A stretch of 64,000 nucleotides of DNA. It comes from Blautia sp. Lineage in GTDB: Bacteria > Bacillota > Clostridia > Lachnospirales > Lachnospiraceae. Positions 10,080-18,830 of this stretch are shown here, in pieces. The translations under genes and the position numbers were made by a program. The stretch spans positions 3,006-67,005 of the forward strand of contig JAUUSJ010000004.1 in assembly GCA_030841965.1 (NCBI GenBank), written 5' to 3'. Numbering within the stretch: the first letter of the stretch is position 1; every line of letters starts with the position of its first letter. The notes beneath the pieces were generated by a model, which saw nothing but the letters and a program-made list of their open reading frames with translations, had not been told where the DNA came from and searched no databases.

Positions 10080-10129
10080 AGAGGCTGCCAGAAAATAGAA
10101 AAACCTATTTTCTGGCAGCCTCTTTTTAT
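10080..10129. terminator. Bidirectional intrinsic terminator
   Basis: Perfect 18-19 bp hairpin GAGGCTGCCAGAAAATAG/CTATTTTCTGGCAGCCTC followed by TTTTTAT. It lies between the convergent PBP and aminopeptidase genes. Confidence 0.85.
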
Positions 10130-10147
10130 GGATATTTATTTGGTTGG

Positions 10148-11533
10148 CTATGCCTGCAAGAAAGCTTGGTATGCTTTTTTTGCCTCGTAGATATCGGCCT
10201 TGCTTGTCACTTCCCAAGGAGCGTGCATACTTAAAACAGCGACACCGCTGTCAATCACGTCCATGCCGTAAAGAGCAGTGATATAGGCGATGGTTCCGCC
10301 GCCCCCTGCGTCGACTTTTCCAAGTTCAGATGTCTGGAAGGCAATCTCATGGCGGTCAAAGATTTCTCGAAGTTTGGCCACATATTCTGCGTTTGCATCA
10401 TTTGAGCCAGATTTTCCTCTCGATCCAGTGTATTTGTTGATAACGATTCCTTTTCCAAAGTATGCGGAATTTTTCTTCTCAAAGACATCGGCGTATTGTG
10501 GGTCATATGCCGCGCTCACATCGGAGGATAGCATACTGGAATTTTTCAGTACTCTTCTTAATTTCAGTTCGGAATATTCTCCCATTGCATCTAATAATTC
10601 CGCAACGGTATTTTCAAAAAATTTGGATTCCATTCCAGTAGCTCCGACGCTTCCAATCTCTTCCTTGTCCACTAAGATGCAGCAGGCTGTCTGCTCTATC
10701 TCACCTACTTCTGCCATGGCGAGAAAAGAGGTATAGGCACATACTCTATCATCTTGTCCGTATCCGACAATCATGCTGCGGTCCAATCCACAATCTCTCG
10801 CTTTTCCGGCTGGGACAACCTCGATTTCGGCTGAGATAAAATCATCTTCATCGATATTGTATTTTTCCTTTAAGAGTTTTAGTATATTAGCCTTTACTCT
10901 TTCTTTTTCGTCCTCTTTTTTGGAGGCAGCAGGGCGGCTTCCGATTAATACGTCCAAAGCTTCTCCCTCGACAACGATATTTGCTCTTTTTTCCATCTGC
11001 TTGGAGGCGAGATGAATTAATAAATCTGTGATATATACAACTGGGTCATCCTCATCCTCTCCGATGGTAATCTTGATAAGAGAGCCGTCTTTTTTAGCCA
11101 CAACACCGTGAAGAGCCAGTGGAAGTGAAACCCACTGATATTTTTTGATTCCTCCGTAATAGTGAGTATCGAGGTATGCTAAATCTGTATTTTCATAGAG
11201 AGGATTTTGTTTTAAATCCAGTCTTGGGGAATCAATATGTGCTCCTAAGATACGCATTCCATCTTCGATTGGTTTTTTGCCAATCTGGAAGAGGGCGATG
11301 CTTTTATTCATACATACTTCATATACTCTATCGCCAGGTTTTAGCGTCTGATTCTTCTCTCTATAGTAAGAAAGAGGATGGTATCCAGCCTCTTTTGCCT
11401 CCTCCACAATGCGGTCGACACATTCTCTCTCTGTTTTTCCGTTGTCCAAAAATTGACGATAGGAAAGGCAGATTCTTTCCAATTCCTTTTCTTGCTTCTC
11501 GTCGTAGTGAAGCCACGCAGTTTCTCTATCCAT
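10148..11533 (-). CDS. M18-family aminopeptidase (aspartyl aminopeptidase-like)
   Basis: 461 aa. Blocks GAHIDSPRLD, DKEEIGS and SMHAP are typical of M18/M42-type metallo-aminopeptidases. Confidence 0.8.
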   Translation of the reverse strand: MDRETAWLHYDEKQEKELERICLSYRQFLDNGKTERECVDRIVEEAKEAGYHPLSYYREKNQTLKPGDRVYEVCMNKSIALFQIGKKPIEDGMRILGAHIDSPRLDLKQNPLYENTDLAYLDTHYYGGIKKYQWVSLPLALHGVVAKKDGSLIKITIGEDEDDPVVYITDLLIHLASKQMEKRANIVVEGEALDVLIGSRPAASKKEDEKERVKANILKLLKEKYNIDEDDFISAEIEVVPAGKARDCGLDRSMIVGYGQDDRVCAYTSFLAMAEVGEIEQTACCILVDKEEIGSVGATGMESKFFENTVAELLDAMGEYSELKLRRVLKNSSMLSSDVSAAYDPQYADVFEKKNSAYFGKGIVINKYTGSRGKSGSNDANAEYVAKLREIFDRHEIAFQTSELGKVDAGGGGTIAYITALYGMDVIDSGVAVLSMHAPWEVTSKADIYEAKKAYQAFLQA

Positions 11534-11903
11534 TTTAAAATCCTCCTTTTATCATATTATCGCAAGGCTCATTATAGCATATTTTCATCGAATAGGCTAG
11601 ATTTTATACTAGATAGATAGAGTAAAATTTTTGCCAGTACACAGCGAAGAGAGTTCCTAGATATGTCCTCTCTTTGCGTCTGCCTCCACTCTCTCCACCC
11701 AAAAAATCACCTAACTCCCAAAAATTTTGCACTATATACTGGATATTTTCTATAAAAGACAAAAAGAACCATTGTCTAAAAATTTGAAAAATAGTATACT
11801 AAATTCAAGAAGAAACGTGAAAATCTGTCCTAGTTTTATTTTTTTGAGAATACGAATTTGGGACGAGAGATTGGATGATTATTTAGAGAAAGGATTTTGT
11901 CTT

Positions 11904-12695
11904 ATGAAACTCAAAAAGATTTATGGCGCTTATTTTAGCCCTACTGGTAATACGAAAAAGGTCGTGCAGGGACTCTTGGAATGTTTTTCTACCTATGCCA
12001 CGCAGGAGATTAATTTGACATTGCCGGAAGTTCGGCGAGAAAAATTTCGTTTTGCGGATAATGATTTATTGATTCTCGGGGTTCCAGCTTATGCGGGAAG
12101 AATGCCAAAGGCAGTTGTGGAGGCGGTGCAGAATTTTAGAAGCACGAATACACCGATTGTCCTTGTTGTGACTTATGGAAACCGGGCAATCGATGATACA
12201 TTGATGGAGCTTAGCAAAGTTACGAGCGAGCAGGGATTTATCTCGGTCGGAGCAGGAGTATTTGTCGCAGAACATAGCTATCTGAAAGAATTGGCTCAAT
12301 TTCGTCCAGATGAGAAAGATATGCAGATAGTGAAGGAATTTGGAATGAAGTTAAAAGAGAGACTTCGCGTTCTTGTTTTATACAATAAAACCTATTTTAA
12401 GATACCTGGCTCTTATCCTTACGAAAAGCCGCCGATGGGAGAGTTTCCATTTTTACCTGAGACGAATGATTCTTGTATCTACTGTATGCTCTGTGCCAAT
12501 TTCTGTCCGATGGAGGCGATTAGTATGAGCAATCCAAAGCAGATTGACAGTAAGAAATGTGTCCGCTGTACAGCCTGCATTCGTGTCTGTCCGACCCAGG
12601 CAAAGTATATGACGCCAGAACCTTTCGCGGCAATCCAACAAAAATTAGCTCCTCTCATTGAAGTGAGACAGGAGCCATGGTATGTTATCTGTTAA
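11904..12695 (+). CDS. Flavodoxin-like domain fused to a 2x[4Fe-4S] ferredoxin domain
   Basis: I chose the start at MKLKKIYGAYFSPTGNTKK because AGAAAGGA lies upstream and the longer track ORF has no SD. The two Cys clusters are CIYCMLCANFCP and CVRCTACIRVCP. Confidence 0.75.
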   Translation: MKLKKIYGAYFSPTGNTKKVVQGLLECFSTYATQEINLTLPEVRREKFRFADNDLLILGVPAYAGRMPKAVVEAVQNFRSTNTPIVLVVTYGNRAIDDTLMELSKVTSEQGFISVGAGVFVAEHSYLKELAQFRPDEKDMQIVKEFGMKLKERLRVLVLYNKTYFKIPGSYPYEKPPMGEFPFLPETNDSCIYCMLCANFCPMEAISMSNPKQIDSKKCVRCTACIRVCPTQAKYMTPEPFAAIQQKLAPLIEVRQEPWYVIC

Positions 12696-12708
12696 TTATA
12701 AATGCGAT

Positions 12709-12742
12709 ACTCCCTCTAAGCTTATTTGGAGGGGGTTTTTTC
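12709..12742 (+). terminator. Intrinsic terminator
   Basis: ACTCCCTC ... GAGGGGGT hairpin followed by TTTTTT. Confidence 0.6.
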
Positions 12743-12927
12743 TATACTGAAATTCTAAAAAAAGTATAAAAATTATGAAATCTTTTTTTAGAGTATTTAC
12801 GACAGAGGAAAAGTATGATATATTACAAGAGCACCAAGATTTACAAAAAAAGGAAAAGGAGGAATAATATGAGAAATTAGAAAGCAGATAGAGAAAAAGA
12901 AAAGGAGTGTGAGGATAAATAGAGAGA

Positions 12928-15900
12928 TTGAGAATTTTAAAAAGGAGTATCATTTGGATATGGATTATCCTATTTGGCGTGATGCTTCTTATACCAGAGA
13001 AGAAGATTAGGGCAGATACCGTACAGGAGACGACCAATTATCTCGTATTGGATAGAGCCTGTAAGAATCAGGGAAGTGTGACGATTCCCTATCTCGATAA
13101 GAGCTCTAGTTTATTTGTCTTTTCGATTTTGCGAGATGGCGAGTGGAAGCAAGTATACTGTGCTGACTTGGGCAAGAGTGCATCATCATACACTGTTATG
13201 ACGAGGGATAACAGTATCTTAAACGGGATATCGGACGATAAGAAGCAGTTATTATCGTATGTTCCAGCCTTTGGTCTTGGAAGTTTGGATTTCCCCACAG
13301 AGGTGATAAAGAACCCAAGAGGGATGAGCGAGTTACAAAAGACATACGGAATCTTGATGCAGGGTTATATATGGTCAGTTCTAAAGGGAGTTATCTCTCT
13401 CGATGCAGACGGAAGTTTAGTCGGCATCTCAAGCTTAAAGTCTGTCCTAAAGAAGATAAACCAGTATACATATAGACAGGAGGAGGGCAGCCAATTTATC
13501 GAAGCGTTTTTAAGTTCAATTAAGGCGAGAGTGAACCAGACAGACGAGTACAGCAAAGTGGAACAATTGCCGAATCTGTTTTTCAAGACGAAAAAACTTG
13601 CCGATAAGAACTCTTACGAGATGCAAAGAAAAGAAGACGGAAGTTTAGAGTACGTCTATACAGATAAGAAAGATATATTGGCAGATGGTCAAATTACTGT
13701 CAGCCATCCACTTCTATCTTGCAAAAGAGAGGGGAAGAATTATATTTTTACCGTGGCCGCAGAGCATGTCGAGGAATTTAGGAATATCTGTGAGACATCG
13801 AGTGATAAACCAGGCATTTATTTGACGAAAACTGCGAAGGCGACGGAGCTTAAGACATTAGAAGGTTGGAGGGTATCCAACAAAGATAAATCACATCAAA
13901 ACTTTATCTATCTCGAGGGAAGACAGACGACGAAGACAGTCAAGTCATATCTCTCCTTCGATGTATCTGAGGAGGAGCTTATACCGATTACGATTCACAA
14001 GAAGGATGGCTCTGACAAATCAATTTCTATATCAGGGGCAGAGTTTGCCCTACAGCGTTACTCGGATGCGCAGAAAAAATATGAGTCAATTATGAATTTT
14101 GACGAGACGCAGACGGGTGTCTATTCTTTAAATATTTCAAAAAAGATTCTTTTAGATGATTCCGATAATTCTTCATTAAAATTTAGGATAAGAGAGACGC
14201 AGGTTCCAGAAGGCTATTCGGGAAAATCTGCGTTTAGCCAGACGGTGACAGGAACAGAGCTCGCAAAGGGAGGGCTTAGTTTTACAGCGTATAATTATAG
14301 GAGAAAGATAAAGTTAGCGATAAGAAAGGTAGATAGCTATCTGCTTGATTATAAGATTGCACAGTTTTTATCTGCCAAGGCGGAGCTTTCGTTTCCCTAT
14401 CAAGACCCGTCTGTCTATGAGCTTAGCTATCAGGGAACAGATGAGGCGGGAGAACCCGTATATCGCTCGGAATATGACCAGTTTGTGGCAAAAGTATTAG
14501 GAGAACAGTATACGGATGAGAATGGTATTTTCAATCAGGACGCCTATACAAGAGAACTTGGAAGGACGTTAATCTTATCCTATCTTGCCAGATTATCTGC
14601 CCGATTTGATGTATATGAGTACAGCAAGAGTCTTGGGGGATATAAGACAGAACCTCTAGTCAGTATAGAGACGAAAGCAGGATTAGGTCAGGAAGCGACC
14701 ACGGATTTCTTGACGGAGACAGAAGAAAATGAGGGAAAGTTGATGATTTGTGAGACAAAGTATCCAGTGGGATATGAAAGTGGCATAGAAAATGTTTTTT
14801 ATATCGAGATGAATGATGGAAATGACCAAAAAACAGTGACACTCTCCAATGAATCGACAGGTCAGTTTGTGACTAATACCATTTCTCCAAAGCGAATTAC
14901 GATTTGCAAAAAAGTAAAACCAGTCTCAATATCTTCCCAAGATGGAGAGATTATATTGGAAGAAATCTCTCCAAAGGGGGCGGTTTTTGCTGTGTATGCC
15001 GAGGAAGATATCGGGCAGGTTGGCGAGAAGGAATACTTATATCGAAAAAATGATTTAATCTGTACCGTGGAAATTGGAGAGGATGGGACGGGAACGACAC
15101 CTTATCTCTATCCAGGAAAGTATAAGATAGTAGAGACGAAAGCCCCTAAAAACTGTTATCTGGAAAAAACAGAACAGATAGTAACAGTTTCTAATCAGGA
15201 TATCGTAGTGGAGAGAGAAAATCGACCGATTACAGAGGAGATTCGGATAAAAAAAAGAGATGGAGAGAATGAGGGATATATAAAAGGAGCCATTCTAGGT
15301 CTCTATGCCAATCAAGATTTTGTGAGTGGGAATACCGTTCTCATCAAAAAGGATACTCTTCTTATGCAAAAAGAAATCACAGAGGATGAGACTGTATTTT
15401 CTAATCTTCCGCTTGGAAATTATTATATAAAAGAATTAAAAGCTTTGCCTGGATATGAATGTATGACGGGAAAACTTGAGTTTGACAAACCGTCTACGCC
15501 GTCAGAAAAAGAAAAGATTCTTTTATATGGTGTATTTTCTAATTTTCAAAAACAGGGAAGAAAGCTCACTGTGAGAAAGGAAATCGCAGTGGATGAGATT
15601 CACTGGGAGCATGGGAATCCGACGTTCTTATTTCGAGTGAGAGGTGAGGACTATAGGGGAGAAGAGCATGTTTTTGAAAAGTCAATTGAATTTCAAAGAG
15701 AAGATGTGAAAGGGGGAGAAAAGACCCTAAGAAAAGAGATTATATTCGACAATCTGATACCAGGTATATACCAGGTAGAGGAAAGTACTGTGGCGAGATA
15801 TCGGTTAAAGGAGATAAAGGATATTGTAAACGGAGCGATGGAGGGGGAGAAGGTGGAGTTTGACCTCGATAAAAACGAGTTTGGAGAGGTGACCTTTGTG

Positions 15901-17040
15901 AATGAAAAATATGAGTGGCAGGGATTTGGCCATAATGATATTGTCATAAATACCTTTCAGTCGTCAAAGCCAGAGCAAAGAGAGAGTAATTTAAGAGGAT
16001 TGGCAGTAACTTGCAGTGATTTTATGAGGACAGAGATGCTTGATATCTCAAAATTTAAAATATATGCACAGTATGTAGATGGAAGTATAAGACAGATTGA
16101 TGTAGCAAAATGTGAGATAAAGCCCGATAAGATGAACCAAATCGATGGCGTTTTTACGAATATTTTTATTTCCTATGAGGAAGATGGAGTTATTGTGAAG
16201 ACAGAAATTCCAGTCTTATACTATGAGGAGAATCTGGACTTAAATCTCTATGAGACGATGAGTCTCAGTGATGGAACTGTCGCAGTTGTCGGCTATAACG
16301 GTGAGGAGACAGAGCTTACAATTCCGGCGATGATAGATGGAAAGATTGTGAGTCGTCTCGGAAAAAACTATGTATCAGGAAAAGATATCTATGTGGAGGA
16401 GGGAAGAGTGGACGAGGAGACCGCACAAAAAAATATACAGTATTATAGAGTCTCTGGTCTTAACTATGTCACGAAATTAAGCTTTCCAAATACCGTAAAG
16501 ACAATCGGATACGCCGCTTTTTATGAGTATCAAAATTTAAGAGAGGTACAATTAAATCAGGTTCAGATAATAAAAGGAAGAGCATTTGGAAAGACGGGGT
16601 TAAGGGGAGAGCTTCTCTTGCCTGATGATGTGATTAGCGTCGGAAATTCAGCATTTCGAGAGACAGAAATCACTTCCCTACAATTAAGCTCTAGTCTGCA
16701 GTCTCTTGGAAGCAGTGCGTTCTATCAATGTAAAAAATTAACAGGTACGCTGAGGATACCAGTATTATTAGAGACGATTCAAAAGGATACTTTCCATGGC
16801 TGTGATTTTCAACAGTTAATCTTCGACGGAGAATTATCTGTCATAGAGACGGCGGCGTTTCGAGAAAATCCAAGATTAACTTCCATTGAATTTATAAATT
16901 GTGCAGTGAATAAGATAGGAGGGAAGGCGTTTGATATTGACAGTGCAGAGCAGGTAGATACAAGAATTCGAGGCGGAAATAATAGGATAAGAGCGTATGA
17001 GTGGAAGGCGGGAGGAAGAAATCCGATTTTTGAATCATAG
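12928..17040 (+). CDS. Giant secreted adhesin: possible thioester-like N-domain, tandem SpaA/CnaB-like domains and C-terminal BspA-type leucine-rich repeats, with no sortase signal
   Basis: TTG start and a signal peptide (MRILKRSIIWIWIILFGVMLLIP...IRA/DT). Repeated G(A)xF(A)(L/V)Y ... ET(K/Q)xPxGY blocks occur, for example GAEFALQRY/RETQVPEGY, GAVFAVYAE/VETKAPKNCY and GAILGLYAN/IKELKALPGYE. The C-terminal repeats have the form xxIGxxAFxxCxxLxxIxLP. Confidence 0.8.
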   Translation: MRILKRSIIWIWIILFGVMLLIPEKKIRADTVQETTNYLVLDRACKNQGSVTIPYLDKSSSLFVFSILRDGEWKQVYCADLGKSASSYTVMTRDNSILNGISDDKKQLLSYVPAFGLGSLDFPTEVIKNPRGMSELQKTYGILMQGYIWSVLKGVISLDADGSLVGISSLKSVLKKINQYTYRQEEGSQFIEAFLSSIKARVNQTDEYSKVEQLPNLFFKTKKLADKNSYEMQRKEDGSLEYVYTDKKDILADGQITVSHPLLSCKREGKNYIFTVAAEHVEEFRNICETSSDKPGIYLTKTAKATELKTLEGWRVSNKDKSHQNFIYLEGRQTTKTVKSYLSFDVSEEELIPITIHKKDGSDKSISISGAEFALQRYSDAQKKYESIMNFDETQTGVYSLNISKKILLDDSDNSSLKFRIRETQVPEGYSGKSAFSQTVTGTELAKGGLSFTAYNYRRKIKLAIRKVDSYLLDYKIAQFLSAKAELSFPYQDPSVYELSYQGTDEAGEPVYRSEYDQFVAKVLGEQYTDENGIFNQDAYTRELGRTLILSYLARLSARFDVYEYSKSLGGYKTEPLVSIETKAGLGQEATTDFLTETEENEGKLMICETKYPVGYESGIENVFYIEMNDGNDQKTVTLSNESTGQFVTNTISPKRITICKKVKPVSISSQDGEIILEEISPKGAVFAVYAEEDIGQVGEKEYLYRKNDLICTVEIGEDGTGTTPYLYPGKYKIVETKAPKNCYLEKTEQIVTVSNQDIVVERENRPITEEIRIKKRDGENEGYIKGAILGLYANQDFVSGNTVLIKKDTLLMQKEITEDETVFSNLPLGNYYIKELKALPGYECMTGKLEFDKPSTPSEKEKILLYGVFSNFQKQGRKLTVRKEIAVDEIHWEHGNPTFLFRVRGEDYRGEEHVFEKSIEFQREDVKGGEKTLRKEIIFDNLIPGIYQVEESTVARYRLKEIKDIVNGAMEGEKVEFDLDKNEFGEVTFVNEKYEWQGFGHNDIVINTFQSSKPEQRESNLRGLAVTCSDFMRTEMLDISKFKIYAQYVDGSIRQIDVAKCEIKPDKMNQIDGVFTNIFISYEEDGVIVKTEIPVLYYEENLDLNLYETMSLSDGTVAVVGYNGEETELTIPAMIDGKIVSRLGKNYVSGKDIYVEEGRVDEETAQKNIQYYRVSGLNYVTKLSFPNTVKTIGYAAFYEYQNLREVQLNQVQIIKGRAFGKTGLRGELLLPDDVISVGNSAFRETEITSLQLSSSLQSLGSSAFYQCKKLTGTLRIPVLLETIQKDTFHGCDFQQLIFDGELSVIETAAFRENPRLTSIEFINCAVNKIGGKAFDIDSAEQVDTRIRGGNNRIRAYEWKAGGRNPIFES

Positions 17041-17074
17041 CTTTAAGGAGAATATCTGTCTAAGAGGAAGCAAA

Positions 17075-17551
17075 ATGAGAAAGATTTCTATTATGATAGA
17101 AATTAGCATTGTTCTTTTATTTATAATGGCAATGCTTTGGATAAGAGATAGAGGAATCTGCCTAAGAATAGTTGCCAGTGGCTCGATGGAGCCAAAACTT
17201 CGGGTCGGAAGCCTCTGTGTGATTGAGAAAAAATATCCGATGGAGGAGATAGAGGTGGGAGATATCATCGCTTTTTCTCTGGATGAGAATACTTGGGTTA
17301 CCCATAGAGTGGTGCAGATTTCATCCGACGGAAAGTTTTTGACAAAGGGAGACGCCAATGAGACGGCGGACCTTGGATGGGTATCGAAGAATCAGTACGA
17401 GGGAAAAACAATTGGCTCTATCAGATATATGGGTATTTTATGCATGGTTTTTTATGAGCAGAGAAAGAAAATACTTTTGGCTATGGCAGGATTATTTTTA
17501 TGGCAGCAGATAGGAAGGAGAAAAGATATTGCAAATAAAGAGAAAACATAA
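17075..17551 (+). CDS. sipW: Signal peptidase I, SipW (archaeal/ER) type
   Basis: The start at MRKISIM has AAGAGGAAG upstream. Motifs SGSMEP (catalytic Ser), VTHRV (His) and KGDAN are typical of the SipW/Sec11 type. Confidence 0.85.
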   Translation: MRKISIMIEISIVLLFIMAMLWIRDRGICLRIVASGSMEPKLRVGSLCVIEKKYPMEEIEVGDIIAFSLDENTWVTHRVVQISSDGKFLTKGDANETADLGWVSKNQYEGKTIGSIRYMGILCMVFYEQRKKILLAMAGLFLWQQIGRRKDIANKEKT

Positions 17552-18296
17552 ATGGATGTTGGCGGTAGGTCTTTGTGTATTGACTACAGTGGGCGGAGGT
17601 TTAATTGGTGCGTATTTTACCGACCATGAGACAAAGACAAATGTATTGACTGTGGGAAAGGTCTCGATTAATTTATATGAGCCAAGCTGGGACGGGGAGG
17701 ATGAGAATGGTCCGGACGTGGAGCAGACCCCAGAAAATCCAGAGCTTGGAGTGAATGAGGGAAAGGATATCTATCCCTTAAAGGAGATTCCAAAAGACCC
17801 CACGATAAAAAATATTGGGATTAATTCCAGCTGGATTTATATGGAAGTGAAGATGCCAAAGGCAGAGGTGATGACAGCCAATATCGATGGAACGAGGAAT
17901 GAGAAGAAGATGACGGAGCTTTTTTCTTATGATATGAATGAGAATTGGGAAGAGATAAAAAAGACAGAGGAGGAAAATTATAATGTCTATACTTATGCCT
18001 ATAAAACTCCTCTAAAGGGTTCTAAAAATTTGGTGGAGGGAAGTGACTCTGTTTATGACGGAGAAAAGACGACACCATTATTCGATAAAATTGTTTTTGC
18101 CAATCTTGTGGAGGGGCAGGGCTTAGAGCAAAAAGAACTCTCCATTCCGATTAGAGCGATGGCAATCCAGTCCGACCATACAGGTTCTTATCTGGAGGCG
18201 TATGAAAAATACATCAATCAAAATGCGGCAATATCCACAGAGACAACGACAAAATCTACAGAAGAAGCGATTGGAGATTTGGCGGATTCGTACTAG
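17529..18296 (+). CDS. TasA/camelysin-like secreted protein with a SipW-cognate signal peptide
   Basis: TTG start 7 nt after GGAAGGAG. The N-terminus KRKHKWMLAVGLCVLTTVGGGLIGAYFTD is followed by TNVLTVGKVSINL, which is the AYF(T/S)D...N.f..G.l.i.l layout of TasA/CalY-type proteins. Confidence 0.75.
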   Translation: MQIKRKHKWMLAVGLCVLTTVGGGLIGAYFTDHETKTNVLTVGKVSINLYEPSWDGEDENGPDVEQTPENPELGVNEGKDIYPLKEIPKDPTIKNIGINSSWIYMEVKMPKAEVMTANIDGTRNEKKMTELFSYDMNENWEEIKKTEEENYNVYTYAYKTPLKGSKNLVEGSDSVYDGEKTTPLFDKIVFANLVEGQGLEQKELSIPIRAMAIQSDHTGSYLEAYEKYINQNAAISTETTTKSTEEAIGDLADSY

Positions 18297-18326
18297 GAGG
18301 GAGTAAAAATTAGCAAGAAATGGATT

Positions 18327-18830
18327 TTGATTTTTCTCACGGTTCTTCTTATTACATTGGCGGAGATTGGCGCTGTATTTGCCTATTTCACTCAGCAAAA
18401 ATTACAGGAAAATAAAGTATTGGTGGGGGAAAATGAGAGTAAAATAGAGGAAGAATTTCCAGAACCAAGTATAAAGGAGGTAAATCTCAAAAAAGTTGAG
18501 ATACATAATAACCAGTCGGTTCCATGCTTTGCCAGAGTGAAGCTTCTTTGGAGTGATTTTTCGGTAAAGCAAAAGTCCACTATCGATATCGATGAGGAGA
18601 ACTGGGAGTATAATAAAGAGGATGAATATTATTATTATAAAAAAGTATTAGCCCCAAATACAGGTGTTGCAAAATTTTTCTCAGTTTTGCGCATGGAAAA
18701 TCCAGAAGAACAGGATGATTTTGAGGTGACTGTCTACGAGGAGACATACCAACAGGGAAACTTTTTAGAAAATCAGTATAAGGAGGCATTTTTAGAATAT
18801 CAAAAAAATAGAGGAGATAATCATGGCTGA
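18327..18830 (+). CDS. Small TasA-like secreted protein with a SipW-type signal (true start probably ATT at 18309)
   Basis: The hydrophobic core ends in AVFAYFTQ. The only SD (AGGAGGGAG, 18295-18303) serves codon ATT at 18309, not the TTG at 18327. Confidence 0.65.
   Translation: MIFLTVLLITLAEIGAVFAYFTQQKLQENKVLVGENESKIEEEFPEPSIKEVNLKKVEIHNNQSVPCFARVKLLWSDFSVKQKSTIDIDEENWEYNKEDEYYYYKKVLAPNTGVAKFFSVLRMENPEEQDDFEVTVYEETYQQGNFLENQYKEAFLEYQKNRGDNHG

Noticed and set aside
12696-13037. 113-aa minus-strand ORF across the adhesin promoter and start region
   Set aside because: It spans a terminator and an AT-rich intergenic region, has no SD, and overlaps the adhesin signal peptide on the opposite strand.
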